A stretch of DNA of 64,000 nucleotides from Gnetum montanum (GCA_015680685.1 MNCI01000811.1:112381-176380), one strand, 5' to 3'. Counted from the first letter of the stretch, positions 13,018 through 27,528 are shown. Program-made: numbers and translations. The notes: generated by a model not told the origin, from the sequence alone.

Positions 13018-14130
13018 TGAAAGTTGTAACATAAAATGTGCTTGCAAGATTCCTATCGAGTGAGAAACAACATCTATTATGTTCACCATGGGCCTTGGAT
13101 TGAGACAAATATCAATATCCACACATTTTAGTAGAGTTACAAGATTTTGATGCTGATGTTTTATGCCTACAAGAATTCTTACCATGGGAATTTCTATACT
13201 AATTCCAACTAAACTTGGAAAAGATGGGATATAGAGGTATTTACAAGAAAAAAGGTTCTTGTGGAAGTTCTTCTTTTGAGCCATATAGATTAGCCTATTG
13301 TAGAAAACACAACATGAATGGTTGTGCAATATTTTATAAGGAAATCAAGTTTGAATTAATACAAAGATTTGAATGGAGTTTAGAAAATATCATTTTTGAA
13401 ATTTCAGAACTTCAAATGATGGAAATGAAAGAATGGTTAAGATTTTGGAAAAAATCACATAGCCTTGGTAGTAATTCTAAAAATCCAATTATCATGGAGA
13501 TGTGTATGTGTAGTTAACACACATTTGATTGCCAAATCAACATGTTTAAATGTTAGACTATGAAAACAAGCATACTTGATTAAGAAAATAGGAGAAAGTT
13601 TGAAGAATAAGTCATTCCTACACTATATTGATCTAGTGCCAATTATCCTTTATGGAAAATTTAATGCAAAATTTGGAAGTAGTGTTTATCAATTTTTAAA
13701 ATATGGATGTGCAAAGGAATCCTTAGAAGATGAACTTGATTTGAAGAAGATGTTTCCATCAATTAAACATGAAATTCCATTGGCTAGTGCATATTTTGCT
13801 TACTTTGAATCTTCAATAGATAAATTAGATTCTAGAATTTATGAACAGATGATGTTGATGGATAATACTCATCAAGAACCATAGTTTACCAATTACTCTA
13901 CTATGACTAATGAGAATGGATCAACAACATTCTTCATTGAGACCCTAGATTATATTTGGTACAATGTCTGATTCTTCCAAGTTACCAAGTTATTAGAGTT
14001 AATTTCTAAAGAAGAAGTGGAGAAAAATCAAGATCAAGCCCTTCAACCTTGAACAAGATCATTCGATCATATGCCACTTATGGTAGATTTATAATTACTC
14101 CCATTAGTTCATAAGGTTGATCAAGATTAG
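13018..14130 (+). pseudogene. CCR4: Intronless CCR4-type deadenylase (EEP domain) pseudogene
   Basis: Ordered motifs MKVVT*NVLA, YCSPWALD*, DADVLCLQE, GCAIFYK, CVVNTHL, PIILYGKFN (GDFN), HEIPLASAY, EP*FTNY, TLDYIWY, SFDHMPL (SDH). Stops and frameshifts present; no introns seen. Confidence 0.9.
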
Positions 14131-14555
14131 AAAGTATCTCACTTTTACTTTTATTGATAAATCTTATTATTTCTTCATTTTTTAATTTATATTTTAATTA
14201 TATAATTAAAATATCTAAGTTAATGAAAGTTGGAAATAAAGGATTTGCCTTGCCTTCACTTGGATAACTAGATACAAGTTGCACTTTGTGTGACCTTGCT
14301 TAGGATTGGTGATTGGTGGTTGGTAGATCTTTAATTCACCTCTTGTCATTATCTTAAGAAAATGAAGTAAGTATTATGAAAGTAATATTTAACTTCCCGT
14401 ATATTTTTCTCACATATATCTTGTTTGAAAAATGAGCAAGAAACAACTTCAAGTTCAAAGGAGAAATTAATTTATTAAAGCATAGGAGCATAATAGAAGT
14501 ATTAGACCTAGAAAAAGATAGTGAGCATGGACTTGTTTGAGGATGAACAAAACCT

Positions 14556-15143
14556 AAGGGGGATAGATTGTAATGTTCCCATTCTTAAATGATGTTGTTG
14601 CATAACAAAGATGGTTCCTCTTCATAACAAGTGTTATTATTATCATAACAAGACTTGAAAGGATGTGTTATAATTGGGACATGAAAAGATGCATTGTTAT
14701 AACAAACATGTTTCTTGAGGTGACCTTTGTAGGTTTTACCTAAGGCCTTTATACCTAGGCTTAAAGGTTGTACCAACATGAAGTGAAGGAGCTAGTAAAG
14801 GCAAGTCACTAGAGCCAGTTGGAGCAGGATAGAAAGTCAGCTAGCCATCTCTTCTGGTTGTTTGTAGGCTTAATTGTGGTGGCAGTGCTAGATTACCTCT
14901 ATGGGGATAGATGCCAAAGGAAGAAAATCCCAAGGAACACTCTCAAAGCATGATCCAAATACTCTATTTCATATTAATAAAGCATTATTTTCTTTTTCTT
15001 TCTACACTTTCTTTATTATTTTCTTTATGCATGATGTTGAATGTTACATATATTGGATGTTTGATGTATTATCTTCTTACACATAACGTCTAATATAACG
15101 TATATTTGATGTTTTCCATGACATTTGGGAATGGGATGTCATA
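14556..15143 (+). repeat. PPT (14556-14567) and 3' LTR (14569-15143)
   Basis: AAGGGGGATAGA followed by TGTAATGTTCCCATTC ... GGGAATGGGATGTCATA; colinear with 9472-10045. Confidence 0.88.
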
Positions 15144-16959
15144 GTATCTATTTCATCTAGTTGATGAACCTTTCTTATCTTATTAGTTGAATATATACTT
15201 CTTGAAGCTCAAGGAAAATCACATCTCTCTTTAAATATTCTAGTCATTCCCCTTAAATGTTTTAAATTGATAAACTTCTAGAAGCTAACTTTTAAAGAAA
15301 AAGCTTTTTTGTTCTTATAATCATGCCTCAAGGGGCTTGACCACATTTATCTCCTAACTTTTAAAGTTGCCAAGTAAGGAACTACAAATCTAGGAGACTT
15401 GAAAGACTTTCCCTCAAAACCTACCATAAGAATCTAAGTATAATGGACATGTGAAAAGACAGCATCATGATATTTTGCTTTTATCTCATTAATTATTTGT
15501 TGATTAACTCTTGGAGAAAAAACTCTTAAAATTAACTTTAGTAAATGGGAATAAATACAATTCATTAAGAATTTGAAGGCTTATACATCAAAATAGCTTC
15601 TCTAATAAAAAAAAAAATCTTTTGGATGATCCCTTCTCACTGATGCATAATTGACAACAATTGGGGCTATTCCCTAAGAATGAACTAAGACTTAACTAGG
15701 TCCCTTGTTTTTAAATTTCTACTAAGCTATGCCATAAAGCATCATTCGTATACTATATGGGAAAGAGATGCTTCTTATTTTAGAGGGCTACCCAAGCCCA
15801 AACATTATAATTAGTAACTAATTTAATTTCATAGTTTGAACAAAAGTTTAATTTTGCAATAAAAATTCTATGTACGAACCTAAGCTTAAAATCTTTTAAA
15901 ATGATATTCTTGTATCCCCAAGCGTTTGATAGATTGGCAAAAGGAAGCTTAATGGTTTTTCTAATTTTAAGGTGATTCTAGAATTTTTTGCTTAGTACTT
16001 TCTCATTGAACTATTAAGCTTCTATTTTCATAATTCCTAGTTCTATAATCCCATAGAGCTTGTATGTATTTATGGTACTGATGATGAAGTAGCATTCTGT
16101 GTTCCTTCTAAATTGAATCTTATCCTTCTCATATACTATCTTAGATACCAAGTTATGTAGAACATCTCTAATGATATTTACTCTAGGCCTAAAACCAAGT
16201 TGTGAAGTCGTGTCTTCTCATATATCTTCTGCTAATCCTCCATTGATTCCACAGAATAAAGACCTAATTTTTCTACTATGTCATGATCTTTATGAAACTT
16301 GAACAAATATGCTTCCTATACTTTCAGTTTTAGGTGTACTCAGTAATCCATTGGTGAAGCTAATAAATGTTTAGATTAAATTATAGAAGATAATCTAATA
16401 ATTCGAAGGTATCAACATCTTGAAATTTTTAAGGTACTTCTTCTTTCTCTTTATGAGAAATTTTAGCTCATTTTTTTAGATATTTTGACGGGACTTCAAG
16501 GATGCTTCTTTGCACTTCAATGGTAGCTCTATTTCAATTTTTATCCCTAACTATTAATGGTTGCATATTTTGAAAGCTTCTTTGTTATTATGTATGAGTA
16601 CTTAGAGGTTCATCCTTTAATTTGCTCACTTTTGGATAGGCTATTCAAATATTTTTTTGATACATGTTATGAGCTTTGATTTTGTTGAGCTACTTTGCTA
16701 ATCTTCATTAAAAGCTCTATGTTCAACACTTTATTTTATTCTCATCAACCTAGCTCCTTTTTTCACATTTATAGAGCTTAATTTATATGAATATTTTGAT
16801 TATATGGAAAAGACAATGTTTATTCTACCTATACTAACATGGTAAAGGTTTTTCTTAGCTAATAGAATTTCTTTGCAGAATTATTTTAGATTCTAAAATT
16901 CTCTTCCTTCTAATTTAAGTTGACATGTGGAATAGCTTGTAACTTTCTTTTATAAATCC

Positions 16960-18930
16960 TTCAGTGTTGATGTTAGCTTGTAGAACCTCTTTTAATTTTG
17001 CTTGTAGAGTTTATTTTCAATTCTACATATTCATTCTATAAAAGAGCTATCATGGAAGAATGGTCATAGAACCTTTATGTGGAACTAGATTTTGGTTCTG
17101 TGAGTTGTGTCACATTTTTTAGCTTTGTAGTATGCTAAACAAGATTAAAATATAATGCACATATGCATAAATTAATCTTGTAATATTTAGTGGATCCAAG
17201 ATTAGCTTCATTTATATTAACATGGCTTGTAGAACCACTTTGGCTTTTCTTTGTTTTTGTTCTACAAATCTACATTATATGGAACCTGATGTGGTAAAGC
17301 TTTTTCAAGACCCATCTTTAGAATTGACTCTCTTGATTTGATGAATCAATTAAACTTTCAAGGTTGACATAATTTTAGAACTAATTTTGATCTTGCTTGT
17401 AGAGCTAAGTTTAGGTTCTATAGATTCATTTTGTAAGGGAGCTAATGTGGTAGAACCAATTATACACCTACTTGTAGAACCAAATTTTGGCTTTACAAGC
17501 GATGTTTCTCTTCATATTTTGTCTTTATATAATGACATGGTTCATAGAACTATTTTAGCTTTCCTCTGTAGAACTCATTTTTAGATCTAGGAATCCTTAG
17601 TATAAAATTAGCTAACATGGAAGTAAGGACTGAGTATATTTTTAAAGCTTCTGAATCATCTTTTAGAAATAGTTTAGCTATTCATTCGTAGAATCATTTC
17701 ATAGAATTATTTTTTTGGTTCTACAAACTTGCACTTCATAAATGTTAATTTGGCAAAAGCTTCTCTAAACCTTTCTTTCAGGATCATTTTTAGTTAACTT
17801 TTCAGGATTTGATGTGAGAAAACCAATTTGGAAACTTTTTGTTTGTGAAACTAAATTTTGGTTCTAAGAACCGTGTAATTCAATTTTTCTCTTTATGAAA
17901 TGTGACATCACTTCAAATATTCACTTAGTATAGGTAACAATGAGATTACTTATAAGGATAGATTTTGATTCTACATACAAGCTCATTTTTAGGCTCCATG
18001 ATGATGTGGCTTGTAGAATCATTTTTTCTTTTCTTTGTAGAAATAAATTTTGGTTCTACAACCCATGCTAAAATAGCTAACTTGGCAAGGTGGAAGTGAG
18101 TGTTTAGTATCTCTAAAGATATTTTGATATTGTAGAACCATTTTGTAGAAATGGTTTTTAGTTCTATGAATTTAGGCTACATAATAAGATGACCTGGCAA
18201 AGCCAAAAGTGCACTTCTTATAGAATCATTTTTCAGTTCTACAAATCTCTCTCTCTTAAGAGAGTTGACGTGGTGAAACCACTTCTGCATTTGTTTGTAG
18301 AACCAAACTTGGTTCTACAAACAATGCTTGCTTTCAAACTCTCCACTTAAATAATGATGTGGCACATAGAATAATTTTATCTCTTTTTCATAGAATTAGA
18401 TTTTGATTCTACAAATTCACCTTACAAAATAGCTTACATGAAAGAATGTAGAAATGAGTGTTTAATATTCACTAAGAACTTTTTTCTTCTATGAACTCAT
18501 CCATTATGGAGACATAACATGATTAAGGAATCACTATATCATTTGGTTTTATAGAGCTAACTTTCATTTAAGGGCCAATTATGATAGAAACATTGGTTCC
18601 TTAAGTCTAGCTTCTCTTTTTTAGCCTACGTGCCACATGGGATTTATTCATGAAACTAATTTTAAAATTTTTGTAAATATTCATACTGTAATCATGCAAA
18701 GCTAATTTTGATTCATGGCACATAGAGTTATCTTAAATACCCTCCTAGAATTAGCTAATAGAATCATTTTGTAGAATTACATTTTTGTTCTATGAGCCTC
18801 CTCTACAAAATGAAGTTGTAACTACACATATTAACAATTTTATCTCATAATTAATAGAACTTGTCATGGTTTGTAAAATTATTTTGAAAATCTTTCATAG
18901 AATTAATTTTTTCTATTCTATGAGCCCACT
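16960..18930. repeat. Degenerate array of TAGAACC..GGTTCTA hairpin motifs, probably the 5' UTR of the minus-strand Gypsy
   Basis: Many GTAGAAYY / RRTTCTAC pairs; perfect 15-bp arms at 18291-18324. Confidence 0.65.
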
Positions 18931-20309
18931 TAACCTAACTTAAATGATGTGGAAGAATTAAATGGGCTTCAAAGTATACCCTTTTTCTAAATTAATCAAT
19001 CTCATTTTCTTTTGGGTTTAATTTTTTGTTCTAATGCTAACCTTGCTTTGAGATGAAATCAATTTTTTAACTCTGTGAATTTATTTTTGATAATTCTAAC
19101 TTTGAAAGAGCATTTTCTTGGACCAGGTTATACTTGTATAAGCTCTATCTTGATAGAAAATTTTACTATTTCATGCATTATTAATTATAATTCAAAATTC
19201 TAGTTATTCAAATTAACTTAAACTTAATGAGGTTTCATGATCAATAGATCAAAACCTTCTAGGTTGATTATTTACCTTTAAAAGCTTCCATTGTTAAAAA
19301 GAAAAGTTGATTGAAATGAAATTAATATTCTTAGTATTTCTATATAATATTTCCTATAAAACTTTACTTTCACATGGTATTTATTTTCTAGATACAAATA
19401 TGGCATGATAAATCTTAGCTCAACCATACCATGTGAGTATATCAATCTTTAATTTAAAAGCCATGGAACATCGTGCAAAGAAGTAAGTCCAATAATTCAA
19501 GTCTTGTACTATTTCATGAAAATAACTATTATTACAATAGTAGTAAGTAAATTTAACTTATAAAATAAGAACAAAATAATGAAATGGAGAAAATATCCAT
19601 TTTATTAAAATATTCTCAATATGTAGAGAAATACATAAAACATAAGGATCCAAAGTCAACCCACAACTCTCCCAAGGATCTTAGAGACAACACATGTTTC
19701 CTCTTAATTCTCAATTATTCATAATGGGCCTAAAGCTTAAGACAAGATACTTATAAGATATTCTGTCAACCTCCCTCATGTGCTCTCCCTTTCCTCTCAT
19801 TCAAACTCTCTTACATAAGCTCTCTTCTTTCACAAGCTCTCATGAAACCTCCTATATATCTCTTCTCTCACTCTTACCCAAATTTATGTCTTAGAATCTT
19901 ATTTATAGTTTCTTGGTGTGACATTTTATCTTTATCTAATTTACAATTGAATTTGATATCCATTGAAATCCATACAAAATATCTTTGAGTTGGAAGAGAC
20001 ATCTTGAATATTGAGGAGACATCTTGCAAACATGTGAGATGTCTTATCTTAGATGGACACATATTGGATGTAGTTGAGATGTCTTGCATGAGACTGAGAC
20101 ATCTCACTTACCAAGGTCAAAAATAAATATTCTTATTTTGAGGTCTAGAATTTATGGACATCTTCAAATAACTCATAACAATAGGCTCAAAACATCCCCA
20201 AACATGCCAAAACATTCTTGAATCATCATCAACAAGGTCAACACAAGAAGACAAACTCAAATAAAACTTAAATACACATAAAATACATTGATGATTGCAT
20301 AAGGGCTAG

Positions 20310-22930
20310 GTGATGTTCTCATTTTCTATACCCTTGTAAATTTAAATTGCCACTTCACTTAGTGATTTTCACATTATGAACCTAGGGAAATATGATGTTT
20401 TCTTGGCTATGGATTGGTTGTCTCACTATTATGGTAGTTTGGGTTGTTGTCACAAGGCACTTTCATTGGTGATAGATGATGATGTTCAAATGATGGTGCA
20501 TACTTAATCATGCAAGGTCAAGTTGAATCTTGTATCTTCAATATCTCTTCACCATTTTTTGTGGAAGGATCATTCTTGTTTCACTAATTTAGTAAGCATA
20601 CATTCTTTGTTACTTAAGATTCACTAGATTTTCATTGCCTAAGATTTTCATAATGTGTTTTTTATTAATTCTGAAATACTTGGTTTGCCTCAAGGTGTAA
20701 TATTGAGTTTAATATTTCTCTCAAAACTATTCCTAAGCCTATCTCCAATGTTTCATATAGGATGTTTCCTATTGAGTTACCAAAACTAAAGATTCAACTT
20801 CATGAGTTGCTTGACAAGGATCTAATTTATTCAAGTGTGTCTCCTTTGGGTGCTCTTATTCTCTTTGTAAAAATGAAGAATGGTAATGTGCCATTATGCA
20901 TTGATTATTGATATTTGAATGAAGTGATAGTGAAGAATAAGTATCCTTTATGAGGCATTGATGATTTGTTTAAGTAGTTCAGGAAAGCTTGGGGGTTCTC
21001 AAAGGTAGATATAAAGTTTAGATATCTCTAGGTCTACATTAGAGAGGAAGATGTTCTCAAGACAATCTTTTAGATATGCTATGGATATTATAAGTCCTTG
21101 ATTTTACCATTTGGACTCACTAATGCTCCTATAGTATTTATGCACCTAATGAATAGTGTCATGAGATCATACTAGGACTAGTTTGTTATCATTTCCATTG
21201 ATGATATTTTGATGTACTCTTTATCCAAGGAGTTGCATGAATAATATTTGAGGATCATTTTATAGATACCTTGAGAACCTTAATTTTTTGTCCAATCTTC
21301 TCAATGTTCATTTTGATGCTAAGAGGTTCAATTTTTAGGGCATGTTATTTGAAATGTTGATATACTGCAGGATCCTTCTAAGATTTTAGTTATTCAAGAT
21401 TGGCCTATTCCCAAAAATGTTGAGGAGGTTGGTAGTTTTCTTAGGATGGTAGGTTATTATAAGAAATTTGTCAGGAAATTCTTTCACATTGCTTTACCGC
21501 TCATGAAGCTATTGCAAAATGATGTTGATTTCTTATGGAACCTACATTATAAGGCTACCTTTGATGAACTTAAAGCTAGACTGATCTCAACTTCTATTTT
21601 GATTTTAGCCATCCCAAGTAAACCATTCATTATTTATACTAATACATTAGGAGAGGGTTATGAGTATATTCTTATGTAAGAATACACCTTAGTAGGCTTT
21701 AGTAGGTTCAACTTAGTAGGCTTCAAATGCATTCAAGTAGCAATAATATGTATCAAATGCTAAAAATGTTTAACTAGTAGCAAGGCATGAAGAAGTAGAT
21801 TTGAGAAGTTTTGGCTAGATATTTGATATATCAATAGGTTAAACTTGAGCACTAATTACCAGGTGGCTACTTGTACTATCACACTATTGTAGAGTGAAAG
21901 TGAAAGGTGATTGGTATTAGTTTCATTACTAGTTTGCCTCACACTAGGAGTGGAAGGAATGATATCCTTATTTTGTTGATCTATTGATGAAGTTAGCCCA
22001 TTTCCTAGATATGAAAACTTTAGCTAGTCCAGAGAATGTTGCATAGTTATTCATGTTTAAAATCATATAGTTGTTTGACATTTCTTGCAAGATTATCCAA
22101 GATCACAATGCTATATTTACTTCTTAATTTTAGTGTGCATTCATGGATAGCCTAGGCATTAGGATAAATTTGAGCTTAGCTTATCATCTGTAGATTAATA
22201 GATAGGTTGAGAGAGTCAACTAGGTGTTTGAGAACATGCTTTGGTCTTATGCTTTGTAATTTTTAGATAGTTGGAATAGTCTATTATCATTGGCAGAGTT
22301 TACCTCTAACAAAAACTATTAGGCAAGTCTAAAGAGAGCACTATATAAGGTTTTATATGGGAGACCTTGCAAGATTTCCTTATGTTGGAATATGAATGAG
22401 AATAGGTAGTGTATCAATTTAGAAATTTTGATGAGGATAATCAAGTAGATTAGGGAGCTACATGAGAAGCTTAAAGTAGCTTATGATAACTAAGTGAGCT
22501 ACATGAGAAGACCTCTCAAGTTTACAATTAGTGATAAGATGTTTGTGCATATCTCTTCATATAAGGAGTTGATGTGTTTTATCAAAAAAGTATATTTCAC
22601 CTTGTTATATTAGGTTGTTTAATGTTCTTCAGTGTATAGGATAGGTCGCATATCGTGTTGGTTTACCTCCATAGCTTTCAAACATGCATGATGTATTTTA
22701 TGTCTTCATGCTATGGAAGTATGTACTTGATAGTAATTATGTTTTAGATATGACTAAGGTATAGCTTCAAGCTAATGTCTCATATGTGAAGCATCCTATT
22801 AGAATTGTGGATCACAATTGTGTAGTAGGATAGTATCCATAGTAAATATTTTTTGAAGCCATCATGATTTTTAAGAGACTACTTGGGAGCTTAAAACTGA
22901 TTTATGCTCTTCCTACCCTAAGCTCTTATA
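20310..22930 (+). pseudogene. pol remnant (protease, RT, partial RH, integrase, chromodomain)
   Basis: [72 protein letters not shown]...ETTWE. Confidence 0.88.
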
Positions 22931-22968
22931 AGAGAAAGATTCTTACTAGAAGGGAAAGAGGGGGAGGA

Positions 22969-25900
22969 TATAACACCCCATATTTTTATAATCCTTGGTA
23001 CATATGATCCTTTTTCAAGATTATGTTACTTGTGCTAGATGTATCTCATGCATGCTACTAATTTGATGTATTTTATGCTTGGACATTCAATATTGATCAA
23101 GTTTGAGATGCACATGTGAATTAATGTTATTATGTATATTTTGGGTATTTGTATATATATGTATATATATTTTCATTCATAAAATGTGTACTAATCCTAT
23201 TGTTGAGTATGACAGGCTTTCATGAGAGTTGACTAGGAGCATGACATGGTTGATGATCTATGGGTTTCCTGATATTTCTTAGAGAATATTTTCTATCCTT
23301 GTTTGTTATGTTATGTTTCCAACTACTTTATTTACATTTAATTTAATTAGTTTTATTTTTATTTTATGATATTTATTAGGATATTTTGAGATAGTGTTTT
23401 AATAGCATACACTTTATTAATTATTTTTGGTGTTTGTGGATAGTACATGATAGTACAGGAAGTTACCTATGTGATGAGAGAGATTAATAGAAGTATTCAT
23501 TTAGTTTAGCTCTCATTTTGAGTAACTATATGATTTTTCTCTTTTTATGATTTTTGGTAATCTTCCATCAAAACTTCCATGGCTCTTTCATTACAATCAC
23601 CTTGATGATTGGTGATTGAACCTAGTGGATTTTGGATTAGTAGTAATTTTTATTGGATCTTTGCTTTGTTTCTTTTTTCTCTTATTAATTTATTCATGCA
23701 TATTTGGTGGTGAGAAATCTTGGCTCCCTTTTCATATAAATTGAAAAAATTGTGTACATTTGTGGGATGGGTTTGGTGATATTAAATTCTGCATTATTAT
23801 GTTGTTTGTGAGCTAATTGGTATTATTCTAAATATTTTGGAACATTGATCCTAAAGATTTTTATGTGTGTAATTCATGATTTTTTTTATTGTTGTTTCCT
23901 TCAATTTTAGGTGTGGGTTTTGTCAAAATCAATAGCAACATTATCCTAGGTTTTTCTATTTGTAGGTTCAATATCCTTTGTAATTAAATAATTAGAGTTG
24001 TTGTAATTCTTATTTTGTATTATCTTTGGTTTGGAGAGGTGAATGTAACTTGGTCTCATTTCATGGATAGTTTGGAATCTTAAGATTTTCATTTCTTATT
24101 GATATCTTACTTTGAGCTATTTCTCCTTTATAGATGATGAGCATTTCTTAATTAATTATTGCTATTCCTCTACTTTTATAGTGATATTAATTGAATCCTT
24201 TTCTTGTTGAATGTGTTATTTTCTTATTTGTGTATATAATTCTCTTCATTATGAGATTTTTATTCTCTCTTGATGTCATTTTTATCCCAAAATAACACTA
24301 CCATTAGATATTTTTTTTGTTTCCCATTTGTTTTTATTTCTAGGTTGTTGGAATCCCTGTCTATAGTTTTCTTAACTTTTCCCATTGATTTTACTCCTTT
24401 CTAGATGATTTTTACTCTTTTCTAGCTCATCCTAGATATATTTTGTCTTAGAGATATATCTCCCCTACAAATCAAGTATTCCAAGAAGACAACTCCACTC
24501 TACACAAGACATTTTCTTTCTAGAGTAGACATCTCCCATAGCCTATAGATGTCTCCTATTTAGTGTATATGTCCCCCCAAACCTTCAAATATCTTGTGAG
24601 AGTATTCATTACATCTTGTTAGAGTCATCATGACATTTCTTTAGAGTCTTCATGATATCTCTTTTGAGTCTTTATGACATCTCCTTAAAGTCATTTTGAC
24701 ATTGTTTTAGAGTCTTAGTAATATCTCATTAGAGTCTTTGTGACATCTATTAGTAGATGTTTCCATTATGTGGATGTTTACCTTGTAGGCCCATCACTTC
24801 AACAAACTTATTTTCATAATTTTGGTATTCCATATGAGTCAGGTGTTTGATTTTCTTGACTTCCAGTCTTTTTAAGTCTTGTTAGAATCTAATCTTTGTA
24901 TGAACTATTTTATTCTATTATGGGATTTGTGAAGATGTTTGTGCATTTGACCCTCACAACTGTGCATCAATATGAATTTCATTGTAGGTCCTATTCTATT
25001 CGAGGGTGATTCCATGGCTTATTAGTCTTCTTTTATTTGATTCCTAAAGAATGTTAGAGGTGAGTCTTGGAAACGTTTCTAACACTAGTATATGTATGAT
25101 GTGATTGGATGAGTTTTGATAGAAATATATATTTATAAGACTAATATTAAATCCATTCACATGGTAAATTTTGTATTTGATTTGGAATTTGGTTATTGGA
25201 ATTGGATGAGTATACATGTTAATAATTGATACACATATGACACTAAGTATGGTGTGTACTAGCCTCCTTGTTTACAATGATAGTTGGAGTTGGCAAATCA
25301 TTATTAGTTATATTTGATGATTGCATGTTTTGCTATATATTTTTATGCTTGTTTAGATGGTCTTAAGCTAAAATGTTTTGTAGAATAACCATGCTTCATC
25401 TAACTTCCATGAGATTTTTCCATTCTTTAATTGTAGATGATGCCAAGGTTCATCACTTAGTTTATATTGATATTAATTTTTATTTATATGTTGATCACAT
25501 TGGGTGGATATTGGAGATCTTAGATGGTTTGCTAATTCATTTCTAGTATGATTTATGATGTTATATTCTCAAATTTGAGCTTTAGATATTTATGTATTAT
25601 ACATTTCAACATGTTTTAGACATTACTTATCTTTTTCTAGCTTTTGGATTTATGGATTTTGCATGGGCTAGACCTTTGATATTATGTTAATAATATATTA
25701 ATGAAGATTTAAATTTGTAGTTCATTAGTTCCCATCTCCTTTTCATAATTTTAGGTAAATAAATTTCATTATTTTCTATCTAGTTAGATTGAGCTTCTAA
25801 CATATATGTTTAACATAATTTTATATTTACGTATTCTTTTTCTTCCACTATCAAGTTTCATCTCTTTTTATGGGTCATGGCTTCATGTTAGGTTCCTTGT

Positions 25901-26017
25901 GCTTTCTTTTATTAAATAGTTTATTTTGTCTTATTCCTTATTATGGCCAATCATTTGCTAGAGGTTTTATCGAACATAATGCTCTTGAACCTATAGTTTA
26001 GAAAGGAGGCTGTTACA
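22969..26017 (+). repeat. 3' LTR (~3.05 kb) preceded by a PPT (22949-22967); contains a ~23-bp GACATCTC..AGAGTC tandem at ~24600-24750
   Basis: GAAGGGAAAGAGGGGGAGGA|TATAACACCCC ... GGAGGCTGTTACA. Confidence 0.7.
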
Positions 26018-26489
26018 ATGCTATTACTCATTTAAATGTAAATTATTTTGTTCATCATTCAAGATGATTTTTTTATTATATGAATTATGATACATCAAAA
26101 ATTTAATATTTTCTTGCTTAGATAGTTGAACATTTTCCTTTGGTAAATGAATAGTCATCAACTTCAGTGTTGGCCTTAAAAATCTTGAAGATACTCTATT
26201 GATCCCTTTGGGTGATATCTAGTAAACTATTTTAGTGTTCTGAAAGGAAAAAATTGATGCTTCTTCAATGCTACTCTTTTAATGATTAAATTTCTATTGA
26301 TATTTGAATTTTTCATTTATTGTAAATTTTGAATGGATTATTTATATCATTTACTAATGATGTTCAATGCATGATTACCTCTAGATTTTCCTAAATATTT
26401 AATGTGTTCTAGAAATCTTAACATTCAATTTTATGTTTATATGTAATTACATCATAAGTACTTTAGTATATAGTAGGATGGTATATAGT

Positions 26490-27528
26490 ATTGTTTATAG
26501 TTTTTTGTAATATGTATTGAGTTAGTTACATTTAATCAAAATATTAAATAATAATAATTAATTGTTGTGTCTATTTATTCCTTGGATGCGACTATTCTAT
26601 TATGGCTATAAGTAATGATCCTAGTTTAATAATTATGTAAAATAATAATAATATGTAATATGAAGAATAACACAATGTACTTGGTTATCTTTTTTTTTTC
26701 TTTTTTTTTTATTAGTTCATGTTCTTGTATTTGACATGTATAACACCATGGATTTAGTCTATTTATACAGTGCATGTTTATATTATTCTTGATAGTCACA
26801 AACTATTTTTAATGTCTTAGACTTGGAGATCTAAATATCAAAAAACTTTAGCATGGTATTGAAGTAGGTTTTTGATGAATTTTATGTTACCACTATGAAG
26901 TAGTCATGGTGTGATGGTAGTTAGGCATATTTAATGTGATCATAAGTATAAAAATTAACTATAGAATTTCAATTTTTACATTTTGAGTCTACTGCAAAAA
27001 CTATAAAGAGAGAGTGTGTGTACAACATAGTAATGGTTGTTATTTCTTAAAATATTGCATTCTAGCTTGAATTTCTTTTTGTTCTTAGCTTGTAAGTTTT
27101 ATTTCTTAAATTTATAATCATAATCTCATAGTTTCTAGTAAAATATGAAAAGAATTCAACAATTCACAATTTTGTTATTTTAAAAAGTTAAATTGATTTT
27201 TCCCTAGTGTTTTGAATTATTTTTAGGATAATAGAGTCATGTTTAATGAAGTGAAATCAAAGTTCATAATGAATTTTATTATTAAAATTTCAAATTTAAA
27301 AGGACCTAAATTTTCTTTGGTTTTAGTATAATTATTTGACAAAATGGCTTGCATTTTTAGAGGTCAAGGACAAGGACATGGATCTTTAAAGAGGAAGTTC
27401 ACCCCATTTTCAACATCATTAGAACATACTTAGACATAATCATCATCATGAAGTCACCATAGTAATCCTCATAGTAAGGATTTAAGATAAACAATGAACA
27501 TTAAAAACGTGAAATTACACTGTATAGT
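26490..27528 (+). mobile_element. Possible Ty1/Copia remnant (LTR end, PBS, gag), cut by the 27529 LTR
   Basis: ...TTAGCA|TGGTATTGAAG (PBS-like, 26854). FRGQGQGHG (decayed RGRGRG) precedes a truncated Cys motif. Confidence 0.4.

Larger units (their letters stand above)
9472..15143 (+). mobile_element. Complete non-autonomous LTR retroelement (family A, ~5.7 kb) carrying a CCR4-like retro-sequence
   Basis: Two ~575-bp direct LTRs with TG..CA-type ends, PBS-like sequence after the 5' LTR, PPT before the 3' LTR, possible decayed 5-bp TSD (ATATT / GTATC). No gag or pol recognised inside. Confidence 0.88.
20310..26017 (+). mobile_element. 5'-truncated chromovirus (Tekay/Del-like) Gypsy element
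   Basis: PROT-RT-partial RH-INT-chromodomain, then a PPT and a long LTR. Confidence 0.85.

Noticed and set aside
13018-14130. LINE APE endonuclease (also EEP fold)
   Set aside because: CCR4-specific motifs are present (YC.PWAL, GCAIF, PL.SAY, EP.FTN), and no LINE RT follows.
15290-15345. Copia RT LKKALYGLKQAPRAW-like motif
   Set aside because: It needs frameshifts and has no supporting motifs; the region more likely continues the minus-strand Gypsy.
19530-20300. 5' LTR of the minus-strand Gypsy
   Set aside because: Composition is LTR-like, but I could not identify termini, a PBS or a partner LTR.
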